Of a stretch of 64,000 nt of DNA, positions 12,035-23,450 are shown one piece after another. The notes under the pieces were generated by a model that did no database searches, was not told the DNA's origin, and saw only the letters and a program-made list of their open reading frames with translations. The DNA comes from Bilabrum cf. latius (lineage: Eukaryota). The position numbers and the translations under genes are program-made. Positions within the stretch are counted from its first letter, which is position 1; the number at the start of each line of letters is the position of its first letter. The stretch spans positions 1,364,001-1,428,000 of the forward strand of contig OZ237735.1 in assembly GCA_965178125.1 (NCBI GenBank). Direction: 5' to 3'.

Positions 12035-13395
12035 ATGGACGCAAGCGCGAGAAAGAGGTAGGCAGAGCTGTTGCTGAAAGTATGTACAGGTGCTAGTAGC
12101 CTGAGCACCGGAGAATCTGTTGAGCTGCTGAGATTGCTTCGCAAAAGTGGTCAGTCTGCTCACCACAACCATTTAGTCGCTGATATTGGATCAAAGGTCC
12201 TCAGTGGTTCCTGGCTTGGCGATGAATGTGAGGAAATCATGAATAGTTGTGCAACTAGTCAGTTTTTGAGCGCGTGAAACAGCATGCGTTACTGTGAAGC
12301 GTCGGCGAAGCATGTCCCCCATGGCTTTCATCCGCAGCTCTTTCGCTTTGTGAGCAAGTTGGGCTTGCCTTGGTTCGATGCCACAGATTATTTGCAGCTA
12401 CAGAGCTTCTCACGAAGATCAAGGAGTATGTTCCCAAGAGTTAGCGATCGGAAAGACTAGCGGTCGCCGTTACCACTGCGGTGCCCACCCCGCACGGTAG
12501 GAAGCGTACAGGCGACATCCTCGCGCAGTCCATGAGCAAGCTGGATGCCAACGTGGCAGTCAGCAGACGATCGGTAGGGGCAGCCATGGTCGGCTGCGGC
12601 GTGCCGGAGGAGTTCAAGGAACTAATCGACGTGGACATGTCCCAGCTCCCGGAGGGTACGCCCCAGCCGTCCAGGACAAAAGTTAGGATGTGCAGCCCAG
12701 GCTAGGGCGGCAGCTCTGCATCCGCTACCAGGATTAGCCGCGGCCGCGAGGAAGGCCTCGAGTTCACCTCGGATTCGATCTGCTCCGCTGACGGCGCTTT
12801 GGCTCTCAAGCGGCACCTGCAGACATATGCCGACGATCAGGCGGCATGGAAGGTACTCGCCGAGATGCAGGCCTCACAGGGCAACTACAGGGAAGCGTGC
12901 TTCTGCTTCGAAGAGCTGGTGATGCTCTCACCAGGCACGGCGCACTATCACTGCCGCCTTGCAGAGTGCCTCGCCTCCACCGGCCTGCCCGCCGACCGCG
13001 AGGCAGCGAGGAGGCACGCATCGGTTGCGGTGGAGCAGTCCAGAGGGAGGCTGCCGAGGGCGCTGGTGCTGGTAGCTGCGCTGGGGCCTTCGAGGGTCGC
13101 GCCGGAGGACGAGGGGGAGAAGGAGAAGAAGGGGGGCGAGTCCGAGGCGGCATGCGAGCTCAGCATGGCTGCACTCGAGGCGCAGATCGAGGCAGTGGAG
13201 GCGAAGGCGAGGGGACACTCCTCGCCGGCTGCCAAGGGTGCCCTGGTCTGCGCACAGGCGCTTCGATTGGCGGTGGGCGCGTACTCTGGTGCAGCGTCCT
13301 CTGCCTCTGCAGCGGCGGCAGGAGGAGAGGCTGGAGCTGCTGGCTCGGGTACTGCGTCTGCTGCCGTCCCGGCGCATGATGTGGATGAGGACTGA
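12035..13395 (+). CDS. EMC2: ER membrane protein complex subunit 2 (TPR protein)
   Basis: Motifs LGDE..LCEQV and L..HLQTYADDQAAWKVLAE...ACFCFEELVMLSP..HYHCRLAE. Intron 12228-12337 restores the frame. TAGs at 12059, 12442 and 12703; ends in TGA. Confidence 0.8.
12228..12337 (+). other. Spliceosomal intron (GT-AG) in EMC2
   Basis: GTGAGG...CCGCAG, phase 1; joins WLGDE to SLSLCEQV in frame. Confidence 0.7.
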
Positions 13396-13569
13396 ATGAA
13401 TGAATGGAACATGGAAAGCACGCCCCCTTTTGTAAAACGCGTGTCACGTAGAGAACGGACTCGAAGGTGCTGGGTGATGCTTTGGGTCTAATTTCGGATC
13501 AAGAGCGAGCTCTCGCGCGTTCCACACCACCTCATCCTGCCTACACCACGTGGAAGGGCTAGCATCACA

Positions 13570-15385
13570 TCAGCGCCCTCTTCTCCTTCCACCTCCCATG
13601 CCTCCACCCATGGCTCCAAACAACTCGCGAAGCATCTCCGGACTCATGCCGCCCATCCCGCCCATGCCGCCCATGCCCCCGAACCCGCCGCCACCTCTGC
13701 TGAACCTGTGCCTCCCAGCGTCCTCCGCGTCCACGATATCGTCGTCATCCTCGGGCATGCCAGTCTCCACGTCTAGCCCAGAGTCATGCCTGCGCCGCTT
13801 GGTAGGGTCCTTAAGCACCTCGAATGCGTTGTTGATGTCCTGCATCCTCGTTGCTGCCTTCTTCTTGTCCTCCTCGGAGGCCCCCGCCCACCTGTCCGGG
13901 TGCCAGGTGCGGGCCTGCGCCCTGTACCCCTTGATGATCTGAGCCTTGCTGGCGCCCCTGGGCACGTCGAGGATCTTGTAGAAGTCCTTCTTGGAGGCCT
14001 TCTTCAGCGCGATCCTGGCTTTCTTGAGCTCTGCCTTCATCTTTGCCTTGGTCGCATCGTCCGAGGCCATCTCCTTGGCATAGTGGTAGTCCTGCACGGC
14101 CTGCTCCAGGTCCTCCTTCTCCCCCAGCTTGATCATGCACTCCGCGCGACGGGCGTGGCACTTGAACACCAGTGCCTTGAGGGATTCCTTCTCCTTCTCG
14201 TCCAGGGACAGCACCTGCCCGCAGTCGGCCGCGGCCGCCCTGTAGTCCTTGCCCTTGAGGTGCGCAGCCGCACGGTTGGCCAGCAGCCTCGATCGGTAGG
14301 ACAGCGAGTCTGGCTCCATCTCAATGGCCTCCGTGTAGGCCGCAACAGCCTTGCCGGAGTCCCCTGCCTTGAATGCGGCATTGCCCGCCTCCCGCTTGGT
14401 TTCGAAGGATCGGAGCAGCCTGAGCATGGTCCTCGCCCTGGTGTTGTCGGGGTCGTACCGCATCGCCATGGTGAGGTGGTTGATGGCCTGGCCCATGTTG
14501 CCGTCCTTGTACAGCAGCTTGGCGCGCAGCAGCAGCAGCCGCGGGGAGGTGGACAGGCCCCTGCGACTGAGCAGGTCCCTGCTCTGTGCGAGCGCCTTCT
14601 CCCGGTCTTCCGACTTGCCTGTCGAGCCCATGCATTCCAATTCCAAGAGATCCAGCTGGTCGTTCTTCTTGACTTCTTTCTTGACATCAGCAACGAGTCG
14701 CAGGGCTGTGGCGGCGTCGCCATCCTGCAGCTGCCTACGCGCGGTGTCCCACTTTCTCCGTGTGAGCTCAGCCTTCGATCGATCCGCTCGGACTGTGTCG
14801 TCCATGGGATCTGCAAGCAGCGCCTAGCTGTACATGTCAAGAGATTCACTTATTCTTCCCTGCGCGCACAAAATTGAATCAGAGTAAGAGATTGCAAGGT
14901 GTCACCGCCTATGTTCTTCTGGAGTGTAGTGGGGTGGGAATCGAGCATACACCTGCAAGCCTCCGCAGCTCGGCCTCGGAACCATCCCAGCCACAAAAGT
15001 GTCAAAAATGAATAGCACTACCGGATAGCTAGTCGCTTGTTTGGGGTTGTACCTGGGCCAGTCTCACAATTCGAAGCAAGCTCTTGGCACCTCGCAAGTA
15101 CGCCTTGACGAACTTGGGGTTCAATTCTGAAGCTTTCTTGCAATCCACGATAGCGTTTTCCCAATCAGATACCATCATCCGGGCAGCAGCTCGGTTCGTG
15201 TAACATGCAACCTAGTCGGGGTCTTTCGCGATCGCGGCCGTATAGGCCTTGATCGCTCCGGGGTAGTCCTTGCCCTTGTACAGTCTGTTGCCCTCTGAGC
15301 GGAGCTCCTACGCCTCTTTCTTAATGGCTTCAGCTGACGGCTCTTTGCTGGGCACATCAGCCGACGTGCTCCCGATAGCAGCCAT
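13570..15385 (-). CDS. DNAJC7: DnaJ subfamily C member 7-like co-chaperone (TPR repeats plus C-terminal J domain)
   Basis: TPR motifs (EGNRLYKGKDY..AI..Y..AI, NRAAA). J domain KDFYKILDV...WHPDR with HPD, then a GGM-rich tail. Intron 14860-15067. TAGs at 15308, 15212 and 14824; ends in TGA. Confidence 0.88.
14860..15067 (-). other. Spliceosomal intron in DNAJC7-like gene
   Basis: GTGAGA...GCGCAG on the minus strand, phase 0; joins KSLLRI to GRISESLDMY, completing a TPR. Confidence 0.7.
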
Positions 15386-15481
15386 TTTCGTACAAGAGTG
15401 GCCTGGTTCCATCGGCGAATTGTCCAGTGTAGTTTTGAGCGTCTAGATCCGATTTATTTGAATTGCAATTCACAAAGTACG

Positions 15482-18400
15482 ATGAGTGAAGGCACCAAGG
15501 GGGTCCTTGTGGCATGGACTCGAAAATTTATATCCGAAACCGGTCGGAAACCAACCAAGCACGACGTGGAAGCCGCCGGAATGCTGGAGATGCTAGTTGC
15601 AGTTGGACCGCGAAGTGCGCGGCCATCATCTGCTCCAAAACAGGACGGACGACAGAGTTCACTCGGCCCGGGTTCTTTCATTTCAAGTTAGTAGAAGACT
15701 AAGCAGCTGCGCGGTCGTGGAATCTCTCCGCTCGGTGGCACGCCTGGCAAATCATTGATGCATCGTGGAATCCTTGCCGGTCTCATTCGAAGGTAGCAGG
15801 AGCTCAGAGACAAATCGAACTCAGTATCGGTCTCAAACTAGGGATCAATTTTGGATAATCCCGCCAAGAAGGTCGCGCCTCCCTCGCTTCCGAAGCCATA
15901 GGTGATGCAGGATGCCAAGCTGGACGAACCATATAGTTCAAGCTCAGACGACGAAGCGCAAGCCGAGGCATCTTCGTCACCAGCAGCAAGGGTAGACGAA
16001 AACGACCGCTTCCCAGGCTTGAATCCGGGTTCAGCTCAGGCTACCTTGCAGGAGACCCGGGTTGCCCCTCGCGCCGGGGCCAAGTCGCAGGCTAGGCACA
16101 CAAAGGAGCACTCGAATGAGAACTACGTCAAGCTAGACCTGCGGGGGAAGCGCTGGCGCAGGCATCGATAGAAAGGAGTTATTTCAGCTAGGCGGGGAGG
16201 CTACCGATTCGCCCGATCGAACGGCAGGGGCCCGTGGCTGGGCTCGATCCCCAAGCTGGACGACAGGGCATCGCTGGCTGTGCAGGGGGGCAGCAAGCAG
16301 CTTGGGAATGAAGAGGGGGATGAAGAGGGCGAGGGCGAGGGGGATGCAGACCTGCTGCCAGAGGGATAGGACGGGTCTTCAATCGACATGAACGCCCAGG
16401 CACCTGCATCTACGCAATTTTCTGGTCCTGGGCCGTCCGCAGCCTCCTCCAGTGCTTCCTCGTCTGCGTCGTCTGCTGCAACCAGAGGCCGATCCAGTGC
16501 CGGCGCTCTGCCAGCCGCTCTCAATGACCCGGTGGCCGTGACTCCGGCATCTGAAGGATTCATTGGCGGGAGGAGCCGCGTGGCGTGGGCCCCTGAGCGA
16601 GTGCTGGCGCAGGCCTCGGCGCCCCCTTTCCCGAAGCTCGACATGGTGGATGTTGTGCTGGAGGGTGCCGGGCTGGACACGCCACCTTACCAGATAGACC
16701 GGTCAGTTGGGGGCGACGCACCGTCACTGTCGCAGAGCAGCAGCAGCAGCAGCAGCAGCAAAAGCATGGCTTACGATTCACAGCAGCAGTAGCAACCACG
16801 GACAGGAGCCGGCCAAGCCACGCCCCGTCTTCCCTTGGTGCAGCAGGCGCTGGAGGCCAGCAGAAAGCGGTCTCGGGCCCTTCGAGAGAGGGCCGAGCTC
16901 ATTGCCAGGCGAGGTGCAGCAAGAAAGTCTGCGTCCGCCGGCAGCAGCACGTTAGTACCGATGAGCTCTGGTGACCTGGCGGCGATCCGCAGGATGAGCG
17001 GCGTGAAGGAAGGCCAGGCCATCAGTCGAAGCGAGGACCCGTTTGCGGACGCAGCCATTGCGGCCGGTGGATCCGTCACAGTGAGTAAGGGGAACCAAGC
17101 CAAGGCTGTCCAGAGTGCCCCTCGAATTGCAGGCCTGCCACCCACTGGGCCGAATGGGTGCCCTATCTGCTACGGGCATCACCTGGAGGCAAAGCTTCGC
17201 ACAGTCAGCCGCAAGGGCAGGAACAAGGGTAGGAAATTCTACTGCTGCCCCTTACCCAGGGAAGAACAATGCAAATTCTTCCTTTGGGAAGACGAGCACG
17301 CGTGAGGTACTGCTTGTGGATGCATTGCTTGCCGCCACGCTCGAGACACTCTCTTTGCTCTGCCGCCCCAGTTGGACACACCCACGCGTACTGCCCTTCC
17401 TCTTTGTTTCTTACGCACACCACAGGTAGACAGCCATCCGATTGTATCGCCGTGCCGCTGACATGGCCCTTAAGAAAGACGACAAGAAGGAGGCCTACGA
17501 CTTGTACGTCGAGGTCTCCCGGCGCAAATGGATGACTCGCACGTCGGCGCAGCTTCGGCAGGAGGCAAAGAGGAGGGGTCTGCGAGCTGACCAGCTAGGC
17601 AAGCTCAAGGAGGCCTCGGACCATGACTCGAGCAGCAGCGATGACTCGGAATCCGAAACGGAGGAAAAGGAAGCAGACCTGTCCGCAAAGAAGGACGTCG
17701 TCCGTGCAGCAGCCAGCGCAAGAGCTTCACCACAGAGTGCGCCATCTCCGGCTGGACCACGCGGCAGCTTGAAGGCCTCGGGGCACCCGCAGGGCGAAGA
17801 CCAGGGCTCCAGCTCTGAATCCTCCTCTGCTTCGTCCTCTGGGAGCGACCTATCCAGCTCGGATGAGGAGGCCATCCGCGATCTGCTTCGAGGGAAGAAG
17901 CGAACCGCGGGCAGGACCCGGCTCAGGCGACGTGGGGCTGCTGGTACTAGTTGGGGTGCAAAGCGGCTGAGACAGCGAGTTGTCGGAGCCTCAGGAAGCC
18001 AGAGGGCAAGCAGTCAGAGCATGGATGATGAGTCAACAGACAGCGGCGGCTGGTCCCCCGACGAAGACGTGCCCCTGTCGTCGTTGATTCCAGGGGCAGG
18101 GAGCAAGACCAAGAAGAAATCCAGAGCTCGGCAGTCGGGAGCGACAAAGAAGCGGCGTGGACACGGCTTGAGCACACTTCGGAAGGCCGATCTGGTGCTG
18201 CTGCTGGCTCAGAGCGACGCCAAGTGGTCGGTGCGAGAGCGAGGTATCCTAAAGCAGTAGAACGGCGGCAGGATCGGGGCCCGCAAAGACGACCAACCTG
18301 ATTTCGAAGTGGAGACTGAGCTACCAGCTGCAAAGAAAGCGCGCAAGAGCAGCAACGGCAACGATTCAGGGAAGGCCGGAGAATCGAAGGGTGTTGCAAC

Positions 18401-21400
18401 CGCGGATGACGAGGACGGAGACCACCTGGCCAGCGTGCTTGGCGAGTGGCAGGACGAGCTTGAAGCCAGCGCGCGAGCACCAGAGACGGGAGATGTGGTG
18501 CTCGACACGCTCAGGAGAGAGCTGCGCTACGATGCGTTCCGCGGACAGTAGGAGTGGGTAGTGCGCAGGGTGCTGGCGGGACAGTCCACGCTGATGGTCG
18601 CACCGACGGGCAGCGGAAAGTCCCTGACCTACCAGCTGCCGGCCCTGCTGCTTCGCAGGAACCTGGGCACGAAGACCAAGGGCTCATCCCGAAAGACTCG
18701 CGCCGGCATCACGGTGGTAGTGTCCCCGCTGGTGTCTCTCATGGAGGACCAGATGGCCAAGCTGCCGCCACCGCTGTGCGGCGTGGCCCTGACAGGCAGG
18801 CAGCCAGCCAAGGCGATAGCGGAGACGCTGGCCAGCCTCCGAGACGGTGCGGTGCACGTCATGTTCGTGAGTCCAGAGAGGCTTCTGTCGCCCGCGTTTG
18901 CCAGGCTGATGCGCAGTGGGACAGCCGCACCGCACGTGTCGCTAGTATGCATCGATGAGGCCCACTGCGTGACGGAATGGGGCCACGACTTCAGGCCAGC
19001 GTACCTTAGGCTGCGGTCGGCGTGCACACACATCTTCGGCGATGCGCCCCTGCTCGCCCTCACGGCGACTGCCACGCCGACCGCCGTGTCCGGCGTGCAG
19101 TCCGTCCTCGGCATCCCTGGTGAGGGCGTGTGCCTCTCAGGCTGGCACCGGCCCAACCTGAGGCTGACTGCCTCCAGCGAGGAAGGCGACGCGAGGGCCC
19201 GGGCACTCGTTGACATGATGACGGACCCGGCGTCTCCACTGGGTCCTACGCGTCCGAGGCAGGTGCGCAGCGGCATGCCGAAATAGGCGGATCCAGCCAA
19301 AGGCCCGTGCGTCATCGTGTACACGTCAACGCAAAAAGAGGCAGAGATTGCAGCCGATCTGCTCAAGCAGTCTGGCGTCCCGGCTGCCGCTTACCACGCA
19401 GGCATGTCGGACAAAGCCAGAAATTCCACGCAGCAGCGATTCATGTTCGGCAGCCTGCGCGTGGTGTGCGCGACCGTTGCCTTTGGCATGGGGATTGACA
19501 AGTCGGACGTGCGAGGAGTGGTGCATATTGGAGCGCCCAGGTCGGTGGAAGACTACGTGCAGTAGGTGGGTAGGGCAGGCCGCGACGGGGCACCGTCGTT
19601 CTGCCACGCTTTCATCGGGACAGAGGAGCTGCTCTTGCACAGAGCCAGGACGGCAGGGGCGTCCGGTGGTGGCATCGTGTCGGGGCGGCAAGTGCTGGGT
19701 CTTGTGGCCGCGCTCGCTGGGGCGGCAGAGTACGCTGCGGACGCCGAGGCCAGCTCCGGGCTGTACCAGAGCGACACCGATGATGCTTCGGGTGACGGCG
19801 TTCCAAACCCGACGAGAGGTCGTGACGTGGCAGTGGATGTCTCCTGGTGCGGCGCCGCTCTGGACCTGAGGCCCGAAGCTGTGGACACGGTGCTGGCGTA
19901 CGCAGAGGACGAGGGCGTGGCTGTACATGCGCCATCCAGGCACGGTGTATGCGACGTGGCACTGCGTAGGACTTCTCCCTCCTTCGTCTTCAAGTCATCT
20001 GGAATCTTGAGGTCGGCGGTGTGCGGAAAGCCGCCCCGAGCAAAACAAGGAGCCGCTGCTGGCCGCACTCACGTGCTGATGGCGCGCTGGCAGGCCGCCG
20101 CCCTCCTCGCCCTTGTGCAGCTGGAGTGTATCCCCTACAATCCAGTGTCTGAAGCCTCGCTCACGTTCGGGCCCAGCGACGATGGCAAATCTGGCACGTT
20201 CGGGGCTGCCAGAAGAGCCCCAGCCGCATCCAAAGACGCGGCTGGGCTCGGTGCGGCTACCCAGGAGAACAGGGTGGCACAGGCGCTGCGCACCGAGGCA
20301 ACAGCATTGCTGCTGCAAGATGACGGCAGCGGTTGGACTCCCGAGCAACTGCTATTGCAGGCCATGCAGAGCGTCACGAGTAGGGTGTGGAGAAACGCGA
20401 GCGGCTGCTGGGTGGTGCGGGTGTTTTTGAGTGAGGCGATGGCGCTTGGCGGCATGAGGCTATCCGAGGTGCAGAGGTACTTGCTTCAGCTGCAGTCCAC
20501 GGGACAAGTGGACACCAGCTGGAGCGGATGGAGCATCGGGGTGCTGCTGCAGCACCCGAGCGCGTGGCGCAGCACCATGGAGAAGCGTGATCGCGAGCAG
20601 CAGCTGCCCCAGCACGAGGACCAGATGACTGCGGAGCAGTTCGACCTGCTCTGCCAAGAGACCGGGGAGCACGCCCCTGGGCCAGGAGCCAAGGCAAGCG
20701 CCGGGAGCAGCAAGACGTCTCCGTCGATGCAAGGAGTAATGGCACTTGCGAGGCGCATCTGGGGCAGGATCTCTGTGCTGAGCAACCGACGCGTCAGCAG
20801 GGTGGAGCTGGCCTGGGGTATGCTCCGCAGAGCCACTACAAACAACTGGAAGGAAGCAATGGGGATGACCCGGCCGCGAGCGGTGCCGGCCTCCTCAGCG
20901 TCTGCACCCACTGCCACTGCCACTGCCACAGCTGTTGGTGTTGGCAGCGAGGACGAGAGCATCGAGTGGAGCGATGGCGAGGACGAGGACCTCGGCAGCA
21001 TCATCGGGTCCAGCGACGAAGGTGAGGACGACGACGATGAAGACGAGGAAGCGCCTGAGAAACGCACCAGGAAAGTGCCAAAGACAACCCAGCCAGCCAG
21101 CAGGGAGCTGACCGCGGCAGAGCGACTGAGCGCCGCCCTCGATGCATATTTTGAAGGCAAATTCGACAGGGACGGCGCGAGCGAAGCGGCAAAGCGGCGC
21201 ATGGAGGCTCTCGTGCACGAGGCGCCTCTCAAAAAACTGCCACAGTAGGGAGCCAGGGGGATCAGTGGCAGCAGCGAGGCTACGGCGTTGCGCCGAGACG
21301 CCCTGCAGGTGCTGCAAGAGCTCAGGCAGGCAGCCTCCCACAGGGATTCGGGCATGCGCGCCGCCCTCGAGCAGAGCACCGCTCACAAAGTGCGTGCTGC

Positions 21401-22028
21401 GCAGGTCAAGATGGACACACTGGATGCGGGGATCCGCTTGCCCACACCAGGGAAAGCAGGCGAGGACAGGATGGTGCCCCAAGTGGCGTGCGAGCGGCTC
21501 CTGTCGTCGTTGCAGCTGCCCGTGGGGGCGCCTGCTTGTGGGGCGGTGGCTGATCGCTCCGGCATTGCGGCTGCCACCGCTACAGCCAATGTGGCTGCTG
21601 CAACCGCCACTGCAGTGGCGTCGGGAGAGGCTGCTCCCGGGTCCCTTCTAGCTGCGGGTCTGGCTCGAGCCATTGGGGCGTGGACAGCTGCAGGCCGTGC
21701 CATGCCTCGTCCTCGCGGGATGTCAACGTCTGGGCTGCTCTCGTTCTGCCTCTGCGCCACGGCTTCGCCGCAGGCCGTGGCTCGCGTCATGCAGGGGGTT
21801 CCGTCCGTGTTGTTCCCTGCGAGGGAGTGGGGGGGTCATCTGCACTGGGCCAGGGCGAGAGAGTATCGGTTTGAGGAGGTGGCGGGGCTGGGGGCGGAGG
21901 CAGAGGCCAGGCTGGATGAAGGCAGAGTGATGGATGAGCTAGGGATGCTGGAGGGCAATGAGGGGGGAGAGAGTTAGGGGGGGGAGAGTTCGGGGTCATC
22001 TTCATCGGCAGCGGGGTCTTCCTCTTGA
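15482..22028 (+). CDS. RECQL4: RecQ4-type DNA helicase (Sld2-like N-terminus, GRF zinc finger, RecQ helicase core)
   Basis: N-terminal W..KF...GRKPTK.DV and NENYVKLDLR. GRF finger CYGH...VSRKGRNKGRKFYCC....QCKFFLWED. Helicase motifs FRGQ*E, APTGSGKSLTYQLP, IDEAHCVTEWGHDFRPAY, TATA, ATVAFGMGIDK, YVQ*VGRAGRDG. About 15 in-frame TAGs; intron 17302-17425; ends in TGA at 22026-22028. Confidence 0.9.
16736..16759 (+). repeat. (AGC)n trinucleotide microsatellite encoding poly-Ser within RECQL4
   Basis: About 8 tandem AGC units, seen directly. Confidence 0.8.
17302..17425 (+). other. Spliceosomal intron in RECQL4
   Basis: GTGAGG...pyrimidine tract...CCACAG, phase 2; removes an in-frame TGA and shifts into the helicase frame. 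Confidence 0.75.
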
Positions 22029-22217
22029 ACAATGCCGCAGCTAGAGCTAGGTCGTGCTGCAGAAATCATTGGATTGATCCTGGTACAATTTTAAATGAAA
22101 GCATGCAATCTTGGCGCCAGCAGCCTCACAAGAACAAGCCACAGGCTGTGCTCTGGAGCGGCTGCCAGCACCCTCACGAATCAAGCACCACTGAGCGAGC
22201 GCATCCTCTCAACTCTC

Positions 22218-23252
22218 TCACGCCTGCATGAGCCCCATGTCCTGGAGGCGCTTCTTGAGGACGGCCTTGTCAGCCGCCGGCATGGCCACAGAGGGCAGCC
22301 TGGGGGGGCCCAGCTCGATCCCGGAGATGAGGGTGCCGATCTCCTTGCCCACGTCATAGTTGCCCCACTCGGGGTTCTGCAGGAGCTCGGCAACCAGTCG
22401 CCCGCAGAGCGCCTGGATGTCCCGTGCCTTGTCCAGGTCGCCCTTGTTGAAGGCATCGATGAGGTCGTTCATCTGCCTGCCGATGTAGTTGTAGGTGCTC
22501 CCCACGGCGCCCTTGATGCCCATGGCCAGGGCTCCGAGGAGGGCCTCGTCCCTGCCGAACACGAGGTCGTACTTGCCTCCCACAGCAAGGTGCGAGAGCT
22601 GCAGCTGGTTCAGGTTGTAGTCGGTGAACTTGATGCCCGCAAGGTTCTTGACCACGGGGCCGTCCTTGCCGGCCTCGTTGGCCGCGATCAGGTCGGTCAT
22701 CTTAAAGCCCGACTTGGTGGGACCTGCCAGCGACATTTGTGGGATGTGATAGTACCAACTGGGCAGTTGGACCGCGTCCATGACGTACTTGAGCTCGGCC
22801 AGCAGCTGGTCCACGGTCTGCGGACGGAAGTAAGAGCCTGGCATCTGCACAATGCCGGTAGCGCCGATCCGCTCGGCGTGCTCGGCCAAGGCACGCGCGC
22901 TCTGGAGAGCATCTGTGCCGACGTGGATGTATATCTTGAGGCCAAGTCCGGGGCCGTGCTTCATCCACTCCTCAGCAAGCAGCTGGCGCTCCTCCTGCGT
23001 CAATTTGACGCTTTCGCCTGTAGTCCCTGCCACGAGCACGTGCTTGACTCCCGTGTCTGCCAGCCACTTTGCCTGGGCCGCAACCGCGTCATAGTTGACT
23101 CGGCCAGGGTCTGTTGCGTTGAAGGCGGTGTATGCAGCCGCCATGAGACCTTCCATTCTTACAAATTGGAGGGAATCTGCCTGTGCTGCGGCCTGATTAG
23201 CGCACACGGCCGCCGTAAGGGCGCATATTGCTGAAATTACTGCAGCTCGCAT
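22218..23252 (-). CDS. N-acetylneuraminate lyase / DHDPS-family aldolase with a predicted signal peptide
   Basis: Motifs GTTGES, YYHIP, GIKFTD (Schiff-base Lys), FGRDE, GAVGSTYN. Hydrophobic N-terminus MRAAVISAICALTAAVCANQAAA. No internal TAG; ends in TGA. Confidence 0.85.
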   Translation of the reverse strand: MRAAVISAICALTAAVCANQAAAQADSLQFVRMEGLMAAAYTAFNATDPGRVNYDAVAAQAKWLADTGVKHVLVAGTTGESVKLTQEERQLLAEEWMKHGPGLGLKIYIHVGTDALQSARALAEHAERIGATGIVQMPGSYFRPQTVDQLLAELKYVMDAVQLPSWYYHIPQMSLAGPTKSGFKMTDLIAANEAGKDGPVVKNLAGIKFTDYNLNQLQLSHLAVGGKYDLVFGRDEALLGALAMGIKGAVGSTYNYIGRQMNDLIDAFNKGDLDKARDIQALCGRLVAELLQNPEWGNYDVGKEIGTLISGIELGPPRLPSVAMPAADKAVLKKRLQDMGLMQA

Positions 23253-23450
23253 TGCTTTGTCAAACTTCTTAAGTTTCGAACCTGCCTGTGGCATCGGACT
23301 CCGACACGGATCCTCGTCGATATCCAATAATCAGATTAGTCGCAGAAGTACACGTAATGTTTAGCGACATGCCATAGGTGAAGATGAAGAGAGTCGCCAA
23401 ACTCCGATGAAAGTATTGTTTACTCAAGTGGCATTCATTGCTTTTGCGAC

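Noticed and set aside
19550-19590. UAG=Glu alternative (YVQ*VGRAGRDG, where RecQ often has QE; also KKEA*EL in the TPR)
   Set aside because: These columns tolerate Gln. RecQ motif 0, transportin NKxVQ, the ubiquitin-like domain and the poly-Gln run all favour Gln. A genome-wide test is still needed.
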